NCBI GenBank assembly: GCA_934365155.1
Contig: CAKRMZ010000009.1
Coordinates: 1 to 41,733, forward strand
Direction: 5' to 3'
Source of the DNA: an uncultured Eubacteriales bacterium
GTDB taxonomy: Bacteria; Bacillota; Clostridia; Oscillospirales; CAG-272
Length of the DNA stretch: 41,733 nt
The position numbers were made by a program, and so were the translations under genes. This document shows positions 1 through 11,255 of this stretch, one piece after another (position 1 is the first letter of the stretch; the number at the start of each line of letters is the position of its first letter). The notes under the pieces were generated by a model. It was not told the DNA's origin and ran no database searches. It saw only the letters and a list, made by a program, of their open reading frames with translations.

Positions 1-1283
1 GCATATCATCACGGCACCGCTGACACCGTCCTTATCTCTTACATACGTGCCGCGCATATAACCGATGCTTTCCTCAAAGCCGAAAATATAGGTTCCCGTC
101 TTTTTATCTTCACACTCTTTGATTTTTTCGCCGATGAACTTAAAGCCGGTGAATACGTTATAAAGTGTAATATGATTTTCTTTGCAGATCCGGCTGACAA
201 TTTCCGTGGTCACAATGGTTTTTACCACATATGCATCTTTCGGCAAGGTATTTGCGGCTTTCAGTGAATTTATAATATACTCTAAGAGAAGAGCGCCGAC
301 CTGGTTGCCGGACAGCATGGCAAAAGAACCGTCCTTTTTACGGGCGCTGACTCCGATACGGTCGCTGTCGGGGTCTGTAGCGATAAAGAGGGATGCCCCT
401 TCTTTCTGTGCCAGCTTTACACCAAGCTGATGAGCCTCCGGAAATTCCGGATTGGGACTTTTTACAGAAGGAAAATCACCGTTCGGACTGCATTGCTCCG
501 GAACTAAATATAAATGTTTCAGTCCCATGCGTCGCAATGCTTCCGGTACGAGTTTGTATCCGACACCGTGCATTGCAGAGTAAACAACTCGAAAACTCTC
601 AGCCATTTCCGATACAATTCCCGGGTTGACTTGCCCTGCCAAAACAGCGTTAAGATACTTTTCATCCATGCTTTTATCAATAATATGAAGAAATCCGGAT
701 TTTTGAGCTTGTTCGAAAGAATGCTGTTTTATACCGCTGAAGATATCGGTATGCTGGATATATTCCGCTACGGTTTTTGCATGCTCCGGAGGAATCTGAG
801 CGCCGTCTTCCCAATACGCTTTGAAGCCGTTGTATTCTTTGGTATTATGGGATGCGGTAATATTAATTCCGGCGACACATCCGAGCTCCCGAATGGCAAA
901 GGAAAGCAGTGGAGTCGGACGCATATCGTCAAACAAAAATACTTCAATTTCATTTGCCGTGAGAACCGATGCGGCACACTTGGCAAAATCAACGGAATTG
1001 TGACGGCAGTCATATGCAATGGCTACGCCCTTAAAAGCAGCGCCGTCGATGGTATTGATTAAAGAAGCCAGTCCCTGTGTTGCCTGTGCGATGGTATAAA
1101 GGTTTATTGCGTTGGTTCCGGCACACATTTTTCCGCGCAGTCCGGCGGTACCGAAAGAGAGCGAAGAATAAAAACGGAATTTTTTTTCTTCTTCATTCTG
1201 TTGAATCGATAACAGCTCTTTTTTCATATCGGGGTGTAAGTGGTCATAATTCAACCAACGCTCATATTCTTCTGTATAATTCA
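1..1283 (-). CDS. Alpha-D-phosphohexomutase (phosphoglucomutase/phosphomannomutase family), N-terminal ~427 aa; C-terminus lies beyond the window start
   Basis: Manual minus-strand translation from the ATG at 1283 gives MNYTEEYERWLNYDHLHPDMKKELLS... and contains the GINITASHNTKEYNGFK active-site serine loop (TASHN motif) of phosphohexomutases. The frame stays open to position 1. A ggag RBS lies upstream in the minus sense. Confidence 0.8.
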
Positions 1284-1307
1284 TAAAATTATCTCCTGAA
1301 ATAATCA

Positions 1308-1565
1308 TTATTGTTGATCTTTGAGTTTTGTCAGTGCGATGGCAAGCTGATCCGGACAGGATGTTGAGCGAAATCCGCATTGAATCCCCCGCAAACGGGA
1401 TATTGCCTCGTCAACCGTCATCCCTTTGACTAAGCGGGCAACGCCTTGAGTATTTCCGTTGCAACCGTTTGTAAAGACAACATCTTTAATAATGTTGTCC
1501 TCTGTTACAATGTCGATTTTAGTAGAACAGGTTCCTTGTGTTTTATACGAAATTCTTTTCTCCAT
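1308..1565 (-). CDS. TSCPD-domain protein (TIGR03905-like, 85 aa)
   Basis: The ORF translates to ...VVFTNGCNGNTQGVARLVKGMTVDEAISRLRGIQCGFRSTSCPDQLA..., which carries the conserved TSCPD signature. Confidence 0.6.
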   Translation of the reverse strand: MEKRISYKTQGTCSTKIDIVTEDNIIKDVVFTNGCNGNTQGVARLVKGMTVDEAISRLRGIQCGFRSTSCPDQLAIALTKLKDQQ

Positions 1566-1834
1566 AATTATCCTCTTTTGCCTTTAAAACTGAATTTTGG
1601 CATTTTGAATCGATGCATATACCTCTATGTATACAGTATATAACAGATTCAAAGTTTTTATCGTTTTTATTGCAATGTTATCAGTATACCATATTTTTCA
1701 AAAAAAGTATAGATTAAAGTATAGTTTTTCAAAGAGAACCCGGTATATGTGCATTATATACAAAAAACAACGCAAAAACACCGAAAAAATTTTTATATAT
1801 TTTCAAGAAAACTGAAAAAAAACACAAAAAACTA

Positions 1835-1863
1835 TTGCAAATCTCTTTCATTTTATGTATAAT
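1835..1863 (+). promoter_or_regulatory. Sigma-A type promoter (TTGCAA, 17 nt spacer, TATAAT) in front of the ribosomal super-operon leader
   Basis: ttgcaa at 1835-1840, an exact 17-nt spacer, then tataat at 1858-1863. This is followed by a ~400-nt untranslated leader before rpsJ. Confidence 0.5.
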
Positions 1864-2267
1864 AATAAGGCTTGATGTGCGATGAAGCGAGAGGTTGCCG
1901 TAACTATTACGGGTAATTTTCGCAGAGTATGTCCGATATTTAACCGGGCGACAGCAGAGGATGAGCATTTCTGCGCAGAATGTTGCAGATTGCGGTAGGA
2001 TATTTCATGATTTATGATGTTTTCATTATTGTGACAATCCGAAACAAGGTGCAAAACTGCGATAAAAAAGGAATCTATTCAATAACGATTCTGTCCTGGG
2101 TTGGTTATTCGCGTTTTAAAGTGAAAAACAATCCAGTTCTTTTATGAGGTGTTATGAAACACCCGGATCAGTGTTCAGAATTTTCTGTAAAAAGCATCCA
2201 TATTATTTATGCTTGATGCTACGCCGTCTTTTAAAGCAATGTGATATTTTGAAAAGGAGGCAAACAA

Positions 2268-2579
2268 ATGGCACAGAAAGAGAAACTCAGAATCAGACTT
2301 TCCAGCTTTGATCATACTTTGGTCGATCAGGCTGCGGAGAAGATTGTAGAGACCGCAAAACGCAACGGAGCTACTGTTTCCGGACCCGTTCCGCTCCCTA
2401 CTGAAAAGGAGATTATCACCATTCTTCGTGCGGTGCACAAATACAAAGACAGCCGCGAACAGTTTGAAATGAGAACTCACAAAAGACTGATTGATGTTAT
2501 GAAGCCGTCTCAGAAAACGGTAGATGCATTGACAAGTCTTGAGTTGCCGGCAGGCGTTGAAATTGAGCTGAAACTTTGA
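2268..2579 (+). CDS. rpsJ: 30S ribosomal protein S10
   Basis: [35 protein letters not shown]... is canonical S10. The RBS aaaggagg precedes it. Confidence 0.97.
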   Translation: MAQKEKLRIRLSSFDHTLVDQAAEKIVETAKRNGATVSGPVPLPTEKEIITILRAVHKYKDSREQFEMRTHKRLIDVMKPSQKTVDALTSLELPAGVEIELKL

Positions 2580-2670
2580 TCTTTGCCGAACAAGGTTTTA
2601 TAGCTCGAAAGTCGGTCATGTTGGCATACCATGAAATGCCAACCAATAACCTACAGGAGGAAAAGTAAGA

Positions 2671-3303
2671 ATGAAAAAAGGAATTATCGGCAAAAAACTC
2701 GGTATGACGCAGATCTTTGATGAAAACGGAAACAGCATTCCGGTAACCGTAATTGAAGCGGGACCGTGTGTTGTTGCTCAGAAAAAGACTGTTCAAAACG
2801 AAGGCTATGATGCAATCCAACTCGGTTTTGAGGATATTGCAGAAAGAAAGCTTACCAAAGCGGAAAAGGGCCACTTTGCAAAAAACAATGTGGCGTTTAA
2901 AAAGCATCTGAAAGAGTTCCGTTTGGATGATATTTCCGCGATTAACGTCGGTGACGTAATCGGCGCAGATACTTTCAGCGCCGGCGAGAGTGTGGATATT
3001 ACCGGAATTACCAAAGGACACGGTTATACCGGTGCAGTCAAAAGATGGAACAATCATATTTTGCGTATGACACACGGTACTGGCCCGATTCACCGTCAGG
3101 TTGGTTCTATGGGTGCGAACTCAACTCCGTCAAGAGTATTTAAAAATAAAAAAATGGCTGGTCAGTATGGCTGCGAGCAGGTTACCGTTTTGAATCTGAG
3201 TGTAGTTCGTATTGATGCGGAAAACAATTTGATTGCCGTTAAGGGTGCCGTTCCGGGCGCTAAAGGCGGAATTGTGTTTATCCGTGACAGCGTGAAAGCA
3301 TAA
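2671..3303 (+). CDS. rplC: 50S ribosomal protein L3
   Basis: [33 protein letters not shown]... is canonical L3. Confidence 0.97.
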   Translation: MKKGIIGKKLGMTQIFDENGNSIPVTVIEAGPCVVAQKKTVQNEGYDAIQLGFEDIAERKLTKAEKGHFAKNNVAFKKHLKEFRLDDISAINVGDVIGADTFSAGESVDITGITKGHGYTGAVKRWNNHILRMTHGTGPIHRQVGSMGANSTPSRVFKNKKMAGQYGCEQVTVLNLSVVRIDAENNLIAVKGAVPGAKGGIVFIRDSVKA

Positions 3304-3323
3304 ACGGAAGGAGGAAAATTACA

Positions 3324-3950
3324 ATGCCAAATATGAAAGTTTTGGATATGTCAGGTAAGGAAGTTGGCACAATGACCCTGTCCGATGCTGTTTTCGGCGC
3401 ACAGGTGAATGAAGCGGTTCTTCACAGTGTTGTCAGAGCATACCTTTTGAATCAAAGACAGGGAACCCAGTCTACTTTAACCAGAGCAGAAGTTTCCGGC
3501 GGCGGCAAAAAGCCGTGGAAACAAAAAGGAACCGGCAGAGCCCGTCAGGGATCCACTCGTTCTCCGCAATGGACACACGGCGGAATTGCTCTCGGCCCGA
3601 AGCCGCGCACTTACCGTGTATCAATTAATAAGAAGGTAAAGAAGCTGGCCATGATCAGCGCTCTGTCTTCCAAAGTGGCAAACGGTGAGATGGTTGTAAT
3701 TGATCAAATTTCGGCAACGGAATATAAAACCAAAAACATGGTGAACATGCTGAATGCGATCGGATTTAAGAAAAAAGCTTTGGTGGTATTGGATAGCAAT
3801 GACGAAAAGGTCTTAAAGAGCTTTGCCAATATTCCCGGAGTTAAAACCGCTTTGTCTAACACCATCAATGTTTACGACATTCTGAACAATGATATGTTTG
3901 TTGTTGCGAAGGCGGCTTGTGAAAAAATCGAGGAGGTGTATGCGAAATGA
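3324..3950 (+). CDS. rplD: 50S ribosomal protein L4
   Basis: The L4 family sequence is present (..GGGKKPWKQKGTGRARQGS..). Confidence 0.96.
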   Translation: MPNMKVLDMSGKEVGTMTLSDAVFGAQVNEAVLHSVVRAYLLNQRQGTQSTLTRAEVSGGGKKPWKQKGTGRARQGSTRSPQWTHGGIALGPKPRTYRVSINKKVKKLAMISALSSKVANGEMVVIDQISATEYKTKNMVNMLNAIGFKKKALVVLDSNDEKVLKSFANIPGVKTALSNTINVYDILNNDMFVVAKAACEKIEEVYAK

Positions 3951-4240
3951 TGACAGCTCACGATATTATTATTCGTCCGGTAATTACGGAAGCCAGCATG
4001 GACATGGCGAGAAACAAACGCTATGTATTTGAAGTTAAGAAAGACGCGACAAAACCGGAAATTGCGAAAGCAGTTGAAGAGATCTTCAAGGTCGATGTTT
4101 TGCGCGTTAACACAGTCAGCATGAAAAAGAAACCGAAGAGAATGGGTGTTCACGCCGGTTATACCTCGGCATGGAAAAAGGCGTATGTAACTTTGACGCC
4201 GAAATCCAAGACCATCGAATTCTTCGACGGTATGATGTAA
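3947..4240 (+). CDS. rplW: 50S ribosomal protein L23
   Basis: ..IIIRPVITEASMDMARNKRYVFEV.. matches L23. The start ATGA overlaps the rplD stop. Confidence 0.95.
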   Translation: MMTAHDIIIRPVITEASMDMARNKRYVFEVKKDATKPEIAKAVEEIFKVDVLRVNTVSMKKKPKRMGVHAGYTSAWKKAYVTLTPKSKTIEFFDGMM

Positions 4241-4255
4241 GAGGGAGGGTAAGAA

Positions 4256-5089
4256 ATGCCAACGGTTAAGTTTAAACCTACTACTCCGTCAAGAAGACAT
4301 ATGACAGTTTTGTCCTTCGATGAACTGACCAAGAAAGCTCCGGAGAAAAGTCTTCTTACAGTACTGAAAAAACATGCCGGACGTAACAGTTACGGCAAAA
4401 TTACCGTTCGTCACAAAGGCGGCGGAAATAAGCGCAAATACAGAATTATTGATTTCAAGAGAAATACATTGGATGTTCCTGCAAAGGTCATCGCTACCGA
4501 GTACGATCCGAACCGTACCGCATTCATCAATTTGCTCCAATATGAAGACGGAAGCAAATCCTATGCATTAGCTCCGGTTGGACTGAAGGTGGGCGATACC
4601 GTGTATTCCGGCGCTGCTGCGGATATCAAACCCGGCAACACGCTTCCGATTGAGAATATCCCGGTTGGTACATTTATTTACAATATTGAGCTTTACCCCG
4701 GCAAAGGCGGCCAATTGGTTCGCAGCGCAGGATGTTCCGCTCAGCTTATGGCGAAAGAGAACGGATCTGCACAGATTCGTCTTCCCTCCGGTGAGGTGCG
4801 CATCGTTCGTTTGAACTGCAAGGCAACCATCGGTCAGGTCAGCAATATTGATCATGAAAATGTTAAGATCGGTAAAGCCGGAAGAAAAAGACATATGGGC
4901 ATTCGTCCTACCGTCCGCGGTTCTGTTATGAACCCCTGCGATCACCCGCACGGTGGTGGTGAGGGCCGTTCTCCGATCGGTCGTCCGTCTCCGGTTACTC
5001 CTTGGGGTAAACCGACTAACGGTTACAAGACCAGAAACAAAAAAGCAAGAACCGAAAAATTCATTGTTAAACACAGAAACAGTAAATAA
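4256..5089 (+). CDS. rplB: 50S ribosomal protein L2
   Basis: This is the L2 family (..[17 protein letters not shown].., ..[22 protein letters not shown]..). Confidence 0.97.
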   Translation: MPTVKFKPTTPSRRHMTVLSFDELTKKAPEKSLLTVLKKHAGRNSYGKITVRHKGGGNKRKYRIIDFKRNTLDVPAKVIATEYDPNRTAFINLLQYEDGSKSYALAPVGLKVGDTVYSGAAADIKPGNTLPIENIPVGTFIYNIELYPGKGGQLVRSAGCSAQLMAKENGSAQIRLPSGEVRIVRLNCKATIGQVSNIDHENVKIGKAGRKRHMGIRPTVRGSVMNPCDHPHGGGEGRSPIGRPSPVTPWGKPTNGYKTRNKKARTEKFIVKHRNSK

Positions 5090-5102
5090 GGAGGTAGCAT
5101 AA

Positions 5103-5375
5103 ATGAGCAGAAGTCTGAAAAAAGGACCGTTCGTAGAAGAAAAGCTTTACAAAAAGATTGTTGCTATGAACGAGAAAAACGAAAAACAAATCGTCAAAAC
5201 CTGGTCTCGTGCCTCCACCATCTTCCCGGAATTTGTGGGCCACACGATTGCAGTGCATGACGGACGCAAACACATTCCGGTTTATGTTACCGAAGACATG
5301 GTCGGCCACAAGCTCGGTGAGTTTGCTCTTACGAGAACATTTAAAGGCCATGCAGGCAGCAAAACTACTAAATAA
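5103..5375 (+). CDS. rpsS: 30S ribosomal protein S19
   Basis: [19 protein letters not shown]...[16 protein letters not shown] matches S19. Confidence 0.97.
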   Translation: MSRSLKKGPFVEEKLYKKIVAMNEKNEKQIVKTWSRASTIFPEFVGHTIAVHDGRKHIPVYVTEDMVGHKLGEFALTRTFKGHAGSKTTK

Positions 5376-5441
5376 GAGAATCCAGTTATAAATTGTAAAA
5401 ATGAGCTCAAGAGAGTTTGAGCGAAGGGAGGCACATTTTTA

Positions 5442-5777
5442 ATGGAAGCAAAGGCGCATCTTAAATATGCGAGAATATCCCCCCGTAAAGTTAAGATCGT
5501 TCTCGATTTGATTCGTGGCAAGGATGTCAACGAAGCGATGGGAATAATTAAAAATACGAACAAAGTTGCTTGCGAATATCTTGAGAAATTGCTCAAGAGC
5601 GCAATTGCAAATGCGGAAACCAACTTCGGGATGGATACTTCAAAACTTTATGTATCGCAGTGCTTTGTTTGCCCCGGTCCGACGCTGAAGAGAATTATGC
5701 CGCGTGCACAGGGCAGAGCATTCAGAATTTTAAAAAGAACGAGCCATGTTACTTTGGCTGTTGCTGAAAAAGAATAA
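5442..5777 (+). CDS. rplV: 50S ribosomal protein L22
   Basis: [27 protein letters not shown]... matches L22. Confidence 0.96.
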   Translation: MEAKAHLKYARISPRKVKIVLDLIRGKDVNEAMGIIKNTNKVACEYLEKLLKSAIANAETNFGMDTSKLYVSQCFVCPGPTLKRIMPRAQGRAFRILKRTSHVTLAVAEKE

Positions 5778-5800
5778 GCAGAAAAGGAGGTAATATCAAA

Positions 5801-6586
5801 ATGGGACAAAAAGTTAATCCTCATGGTCTGCGCGTAGGTGTTATTAAGAATTGGGATTCCAGATGGTTCACCAAAGACGCCAAATTCGGTGACACGCTCG
5901 TATCAGACTACAATATCAGAAAATATCTTAAGAAAAAGCTTCAACTTGCCGGTATTTCCAAGATTGAAATTGAGAGAAACACCGTTGCGGATAAAGAGAG
6001 AGTCCGCGTTGTTCTCCATTGCGCAAAGCCCGGTATCGTTATCGGACGTCAAGGATCTGAGATCGATAAACTCAGAACCGAAGTGGAAAAAATTGCGGGC
6101 ATTCCTGCAAGTGTCAATGTTGTGGAAGTAAAAGTTCCGGATTTGGATGCACAGTTGGTTGCTGAAAACATCGCCAGCCAGCTCGAACGCAGAATTGGTT
6201 TCCGCCGTGCAATGAAGCAGGCGATCGGAAGAACCATGAAGCTTGGTGCAAAGGGAATTAAAATCAGCGTTTCCGGCCGTTTGGGCGGTGCTGAAATTGC
6301 AAGAACCGAGCATTATCATGAAGGAACCATTCCGCTTCAGACATTGCGTGCGGATATTGAATACGGTTTTTGGGAGGCAAATACCACCTACGGTAAGATC
6401 GGCGTAAAAGTATGGATCTACAAAGGTGAGGTTCTTCCGGAAGTAAAGAGAGAGCGTCCTGCACGCCCCTTTAACAGAAATGCGAACGGAGAGCGCAGAG
6501 AACGTCGGGATAACAACAGAACCCCCAGAACACCTCGTGCTCCCAGAGTACCCAGAGAAGGAGGAACGAAAAATGTTAATGCCTAA
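5801..6586 (+). CDS. rpsC: 30S ribosomal protein S3, with a basic Arg/Pro-rich C-terminal tail
   Basis: [23 protein letters not shown]... shows the KH and S3-C domains. Confidence 0.97.
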   Translation: MGQKVNPHGLRVGVIKNWDSRWFTKDAKFGDTLVSDYNIRKYLKKKLQLAGISKIEIERNTVADKERVRVVLHCAKPGIVIGRQGSEIDKLRTEVEKIAGIPASVNVVEVKVPDLDAQLVAENIASQLERRIGFRRAMKQAIGRTMKLGAKGIKISVSGRLGGAEIARTEHYHEGTIPLQTLRADIEYGFWEANTTYGKIGVKVWIYKGEVLPEVKRERPARPFNRNANGERRERRDNNRTPRTPRAPRVPREGGTKNVNA

Positions 6587-7001
6587 AAGAGTCAAGTATA
6601 GACGTGTTCACAGAGGACGTCTTACCGGTAAGGCTACTCGCGGTAACAAGCTTTCAAGCGGTTCCTACGGACTGGTTGCTCTTGAGCCTGCATGGATTAC
6701 CAGCAATCAGATTGAAGCGGCACGTATTGCAATGACTCGTTACATTCGCCGTGGCGGTAATGTTTGGATCAAGATTTTCCCGGATAAACCGATTACAGAA
6801 AAACCGGCTGAAACTCGTATGGGTTCCGGTAAAGGTTCTCCGGAATACTGGGTTGCTGTAGTAAAACCCGGAAGAGTTTTGTTTGAGATGGATGGAGTCA
6901 GCGAAGAAATTGCAAGAGAAGCAATGCGTCTTGCGACTCATAAACTTCCGATCAAATGCAAATTTGTGAAAAAAGAAACTGAAGAAGTCGGGGAGGTATA
7001 A
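6573..7001 (+). CDS. rplP: 50S ribosomal protein L16
   Basis: [21 protein letters not shown]... matches L16. The start was chosen at the internal ATG at 6573, which overlaps the rpsC 3' end. The ORF track extends it upstream to 6480, inside rpsC. Confidence 0.93.
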   Translation: MLMPKRVKYRRVHRGRLTGKATRGNKLSSGSYGLVALEPAWITSNQIEAARIAMTRYIRRGGNVWIKIFPDKPITEKPAETRMGSGKGSPEYWVAVVKPGRVLFEMDGVSEEIAREAMRLATHKLPIKCKFVKKETEEVGEV

Positions 7002-7004
7002 GCA

Positions 7005-7193
7005 GTGAAAGCAAAAGAATTAAGAGATATGTCTTGCGCTGAACTTGAGGCTAAATTGAAAGATTTGAAAGCCGAGCTGTTCAATCTCCGCTTCCAGCAT
7101 GCAATTAACCAGCTTGACAATCCCAACAAGATTGTAGAAGTGAAAAAGGACATTGCACGCATAATGACTATTCTTCATCAGAAGAATGCTTAA
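7005..7193 (+). CDS. rpmC: 50S ribosomal protein L29
   Basis: [31 protein letters not shown]... matches L29. Confidence 0.95.
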   Translation: MKAKELRDMSCAELEAKLKDLKAELFNLRFQHAINQLDNPNKIVEVKKDIARIMTILHQKNA

Positions 7194-7217
7194 AATAGGT
7201 AGAGAGGAGAACAGGTC

Positions 7218-7484
7218 ATGAGTGAAGCAACGGAAAGAACCCTTAGAAAGACCAGAGTCGGCATGGTTGTAAGCGACAAAATGGATAAAACCATTGTTGT
7301 GGCGATTGCTGACAACGTAAAACATCCGAAATACGGCAAAGTTATTAAGCACACCATCAAGCTGAAAGCTCACGATGAAAATAACGAATGCGGAATCGGA
7401 GATAAAGTAAGCATTATGGAAACAAGACCGCTTTCCAAAGATAAGAGATGGCGCCTTGTTTCGATTATCGAAAAAGCAAAATAA
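7218..7484 (+). CDS. rpsQ: 30S ribosomal protein S17
   Basis: ..[21 protein letters not shown].. matches S17. Confidence 0.95.
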   Translation: MSEATERTLRKTRVGMVVSDKMDKTIVVAIADNVKHPKYGKVIKHTIKLKAHDENNECGIGDKVSIMETRPLSKDKRWRLVSIIEKAK

Positions 7485-7547
7485 GATAACCGGAAAGTGA
7501 TAAAGTAAATACGTCAAAAAGCGTATTGAAAAGGAGGAAAACACACA

Positions 7548-7916
7548 GTGATTCAACAGCAATCATTATTAAAAGTGGCCGATAACACTGGCGCAAAAGA
7601 GATCATGTGCATTCGTGTGCTTGGCGGAACCGGCAGAAGATATGCGAATATCGGTGATGTTGTAGTTGCTGCTGTCAAGAAAGCCGCACCGAACGGTACC
7701 GTAAAAAAAGGTGAGGTTGTCAAGGCGGTTGTTGTCAGAACCGTTAAGGGCCTGAAAAGAGCTGATGGCTCTTACATCCGTTTCGACGAAAACGCAGCAG
7801 TAATTATCAGAGAAGATAAAAACCCCAGAGGCACACGTATTTTTGGCCCTGTGGCAAGAGAGCTCCGTGAAAAAGATTATTTGAAGATCCTTTCACTGGC
7901 GCCCGAAGTTCTGTAA
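7548..7916 (+). CDS. rplN: 50S ribosomal protein L14 (GTG start)
   Basis: [27 protein letters not shown]... matches L14. The RBS ggagg precedes the start. Confidence 0.96.
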   Translation: MIQQQSLLKVADNTGAKEIMCIRVLGGTGRRYANIGDVVVAAVKKAAPNGTVKKGEVVKAVVVRTVKGLKRADGSYIRFDENAAVIIREDKNPRGTRIFGPVARELREKDYLKILSLAPEVL

Positions 7917-7929
7917 GGAGGTTATAACA

Positions 7930-8250
7930 ATGGCGAATAAAGTTCATGTTAAAAAGGATGATACCGTTATTGTAATCTCCGGTAACAGTAAGGGTATTAA
8001 GGGGAAAGTGATTGAAGTTTCCCCGAAAGAAGGAAAGGTTCTCGTCGAGGGAGCTAATATCGTAAGCAAACATGTTAAACCGAAAAAGCAAGGCGAACAG
8101 GGTGGCATTGTAAAGGTTGAAGGCGCAATGTACGCTTCAAAAGTTCAGCTTTTCTGTTCGAAATGCAACAAAGGTGTCCGTGTTAAACACGTTGTCGGAA
8201 AAGACGGCAAAAAAGAACGTGTTTGTGCTAAATGCGGCGCAAAACTGTAA
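7930..8250 (+). CDS. rplX: 50S ribosomal protein L24, with a C-terminal CxxC...CxxC tail
   Basis: KOW-domain L24 (..DTVIVISGNSKGIKGKVIEV..). The C-terminus reads CSKCNKGVRVKHVVGKDGKKERVCAKCGAKL. Confidence 0.94.
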   Translation: MANKVHVKKDDTVIVISGNSKGIKGKVIEVSPKEGKVLVEGANIVSKHVKPKKQGEQGGIVKVEGAMYASKVQLFCSKCNKGVRVKHVVGKDGKKERVCAKCGAKL

Positions 8251-8267
8251 TGCGGGAGGTTTAGGAA

Positions 8268-8807
8268 ATGTCAAGATTAAATGATTTTTACAAAAAAGAA
8301 GTAGCTCCCGCACTGATGAAAAAGTTTGAGTATAAGAGTCCGATGCAGATTCCGCGTTTTGAAAAGATTGTCATTAACGTCGGAGCCGGCGATGCAAAAG
8401 ATAATGCGAAAGTCATTGATAATATTATTGATGATTTAAGCATCATTACCGGTCAAAAGGCCGTTCCGACTTTTGCTAAGAAATCGGTTGCAAACTTCAA
8501 ACTGAGAGCGGGCATGAAAATTGGTGCAAAAGTTACTCTTCGCGGTGACAAGATGTACGAATTTATGGATCGTTTGTTTAACTTTGCTCTTCCGCGAGTT
8601 CGTGACTTTAAGGGAATCAATCCCAATGCATTCGACGGTCGCGGCAACTATTCCCTCGGCCTCAAAGAGCAGTTGATTTTCCCGGAAATCGAATATGATA
8701 AGGTCGATAAAATCCGCGGTATGGATGTTGTATTTGTTACCACCGCTCAAAATGATGAAGAAGCAAGAGAACTTCTGACTCTCATGGGCGCACCGTTTGC
8801 AAAATAA
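8268..8807 (+). CDS. rplE: 50S ribosomal protein L5
   Basis: [30 protein letters not shown]... matches L5. Confidence 0.96.
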   Translation: MSRLNDFYKKEVAPALMKKFEYKSPMQIPRFEKIVINVGAGDAKDNAKVIDNIIDDLSIITGQKAVPTFAKKSVANFKLRAGMKIGAKVTLRGDKMYEFMDRLFNFALPRVRDFKGINPNAFDGRGNYSLGLKEQLIFPEIEYDKVDKIRGMDVVFVTTAQNDEEARELLTLMGAPFAK

Positions 8808-8824
8808 GGGAGGATAGAATCGGT

Positions 8825-9010
8825 ATGGCTAAGAAATCGATGATTTTAAAGCAGCAAAAACCTCAGAAATATTCTACCCGTGAGTACAACAGATGCAAAA
8901 TTTGCGGTCGTCCTCATGCGTACCTGAGAAAATACGGTATTTGCCGTATCTGCTTTAGAGAGCTTGCTTATAAAGGTCAAATTCCTGGTGTCAGAAAAGC
9001 AAGTTGGTAA
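8825..9010 (+). CDS. rpsZ: 30S ribosomal protein S14, zinc-binding type Z (61 aa)
   Basis: [11 protein letters not shown]...[38 protein letters not shown] shows the C4 zinc ribbon of the short S14 form. Confidence 0.95.
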   Translation: MAKKSMILKQQKPQKYSTREYNRCKICGRPHAYLRKYGICRICFRELAYKGQIPGVRKASW

Positions 9011-9153
9011 TTAAAAGGCTCCGAAATATCGGCAGGAAAGAGAAATCTTTAACCGCCGGTTGACCGCCGCATATTTTTGTGGCAAGGTTAAAAAGGGCAG
9101 GATCTTAAAAGATCCAAACACTTTCATTCAACCTATTTAAGGAGGAACTAAAA

Positions 9154-9552
9154 ATGCAAATTTCAGATGTAATTGCGGATATGCTGACACGCATTCGCAA
9201 TGCAAATAATGCAAAACATGAAACCGTTGATGTACCCGCGTCCAATATGAAACGTGCTATTGCAGATATTCTGCTGGCAGAGGGTTATATTAAGGGTTAT
9301 CAGATTATTGAAGACGGTAAACAGGGTGTGATTCGAATCACACTTAAGTATACCAAAGGAAAAGGCAAGGTTATTCAGGGACTCAGAAGAGTGTCCAAAC
9401 CGGGTCTTCGTATTTATTCTAACTGCGAAGATATGCCGAAAGTAATGAATGGTCTCGGTATTGCGATCATTTCTACTTCAAAAGGTATTATGACAGACAA
9501 ACAGGCTCGCAAGGCAAATGTGGGCGGCGAAGTTATCGCCTTTGTTTGGTAA
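9154..9552 (+). CDS. rpsH: 30S ribosomal protein S8
   Basis: [40 protein letters not shown]... matches S8. Confidence 0.96.
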   Translation: MQISDVIADMLTRIRNANNAKHETVDVPASNMKRAIADILLAEGYIKGYQIIEDGKQGVIRITLKYTKGKGKVIQGLRRVSKPGLRIYSNCEDMPKVMNGLGIAIISTSKGIMTDKQARKANVGGEVIAFVW

Positions 9553-9576
9553 TTCGGAACGGGAGGAGAAAGACAA

Positions 9577-10116
9577 ATGTCAAGAATCGGAAGAAAACCT
9601 ATCGCGATTCCTGCCGGCGTTGATGTAAAAATTAACGATGGAAACGTTGTTACTGTCAAAGGCCCGAAGGGAACGCTCACTCAAGCATTCCGTCCTGAAA
9701 TTACAATCAAAGTGGAAGGCGGAGAAATTATATGTGAACGCAGCTCAGATGAGAAGCTGGAGCGTTCACTGCACGGTCTTACCCGTACTCTGATTGCCAA
9801 TATGGTTGACGGTGTAACCCACGGTTATTCCAAAACTTTGGAAATCAACGGTGTCGGCTATCGTGTAGCTAAGACCGGAAAATCGATTACATTAAACCTT
9901 GGCTATTCTCATACGGTTGTGTTCAACGAAAGTGACGGAATCGAATTCGACGTTCCGAACTCCAATACAATTATTGTAAAGGGTATTGAAAAACAGAAAG
10001 TCGGCCAGATCGCAGCACAGATCCGTGAGAAGAGACCTCCGGAGCCGTACCTTGGTAAGGGTATTAAGTACGAGGGTGAGCGCATCCGTCGTAAAGCCGG
10101 AAAGACCGGTAAATAA
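9577..10116 (+). CDS. rplF: 50S ribosomal protein L6
   Basis: [32 protein letters not shown]... matches L6. Confidence 0.96.
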   Translation: MSRIGRKPIAIPAGVDVKINDGNVVTVKGPKGTLTQAFRPEITIKVEGGEIICERSSDEKLERSLHGLTRTLIANMVDGVTHGYSKTLEINGVGYRVAKTGKSITLNLGYSHTVVFNESDGIEFDVPNSNTIIVKGIEKQKVGQIAAQIREKRPPEPYLGKGIKYEGERIRRKAGKTGK

Positions 10117-10135
10117 AGAAAGGAGTGGATAGAGA

Positions 10136-10495
10136 ATGATTACAAGAAAAGACAGCAATCAACAGCGTCTGAAAAGACATAAAAGAATTCGTGCAAAAGT
10201 ATCCGGTACTGCACAAAGACCCCGTCTTTGCGTATATCGCTCGCTCAATAACATCTATGCGCAGATTATTGATGATGTAAACGGCGTTACTTTAGCGGCA
10301 GCATCCACTACCGAAAAGAACTTTGATGCAAACGGCGGAAACAAGGAAGCTGCACGTGCGGTTGGAAAAACCATTGCAGAAAGAGCAGTTGCAAAGGGAA
10401 TCAGCGAAGTTGTATTTGACCGTGGCGGTTACCTTTATCACGGACGTATTTTGGAACTTGCGGAGGGCGCCAGAGAAGGCGGCCTGAAGTTCTAA
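10136..10495 (+). CDS. rplR: 50S ribosomal protein L18
   Basis: ..[36 protein letters not shown].. matches L18. Confidence 0.95.
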   Translation: MITRKDSNQQRLKRHKRIRAKVSGTAQRPRLCVYRSLNNIYAQIIDDVNGVTLAAASTTEKNFDANGGNKEAARAVGKTIAERAVAKGISEVVFDRGGYLYHGRILELAEGAREGGLKF

Positions 10496-10509
10496 GGCAG
10501 GAGGAAAAC

Positions 10510-11013
10510 ATGGCTAAAAGAATAGATGCTTCAGAATTGAATCTGAAAGAGAAACTTGTTACAATCAACCGTGTTTCTAAAACCGTAAAAGGCGGACGTA
10601 TTGCTCGGTTCACGGCAATTATGGTCGTTGGTGATGAAAACGGTCATGTTGGCTACGGTCTCGGCAAAGCAGCAGAGGTTCCGGAGGCAATCAGAAAGAG
10701 CATTGAAGATGCAAAGAAAAATATGATTGAGGTATCGCTCAAGGGTACAACCATCCCTCATCAGGTAACCGGCGAATACGGCGCAGGCAAAGTCCTTCTG
10801 AAACCGGCAGCTCCCGGTACCGGCGTTATTGCCGGAGGCGCAGTAAGAGCTGTTGTGGATATGGCAGGAATCAGAGATATTCGTACCAAGTGTCTGCGTT
10901 CCAATAATCCCACCAATGTTGTTAAAGCAACTTTTGAGGGATTGCGTGCACTCAGAAGCGCAGAACAGGTTGCCGAAATGCGCGGTATCAATGTTGAAAA
11001 TCTGAAAGGCTGA
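10510..11013 (+). CDS. rpsE: 30S ribosomal protein S5
   Basis: ..[39 protein letters not shown].. matches S5. Confidence 0.96.
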   Translation: MAKRIDASELNLKEKLVTINRVSKTVKGGRIARFTAIMVVGDENGHVGYGLGKAAEVPEAIRKSIEDAKKNMIEVSLKGTTIPHQVTGEYGAGKVLLKPAAPGTGVIAGGAVRAVVDMAGIRDIRTKCLRSNNPTNVVKATFEGLRALRSAEQVAEMRGINVENLKG

Positions 11014-11027
11014 GGAGGAACGGAAAC

Positions 11028-11213
11028 ATGGAAAACAACAATGTAAAAGTAACTCTGATAAAGAGCCTGATCGGTGCAAAGCCTGCTCAGAAGAGCACAG
11101 CAAAGTCTTTGGGACTCGCTAAAATCGGCGACTCCATCGTACATGCTGACGGCGATGTCATTAAAGGTAAAATCAATGTCATTTCTCACTTAGTTAAAGT
11201 TGAGAAAGCTTAA
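11028..11213 (+). CDS. rpmD: 50S ribosomal protein L30
   Basis: [30 protein letters not shown]... matches L30. Confidence 0.93.
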   Translation: MENNNVKVTLIKSLIGAKPAQKSTAKSLGLAKIGDSIVHADGDVIKGKINVISHLVKVEKA

Positions 11214-11255
11214 ACGAAAAGACATAACAATTTTAAGCATGAAGGAGGAGAAACC

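Noticed and set aside
514-1062. Plus-strand ORFs (182 aa, 78 aa, 82 aa) at the window start
   Set aside because: They lie antisense to the phosphohexomutase gene, whose TASHN active-site loop is clearly encoded on the minus strand.
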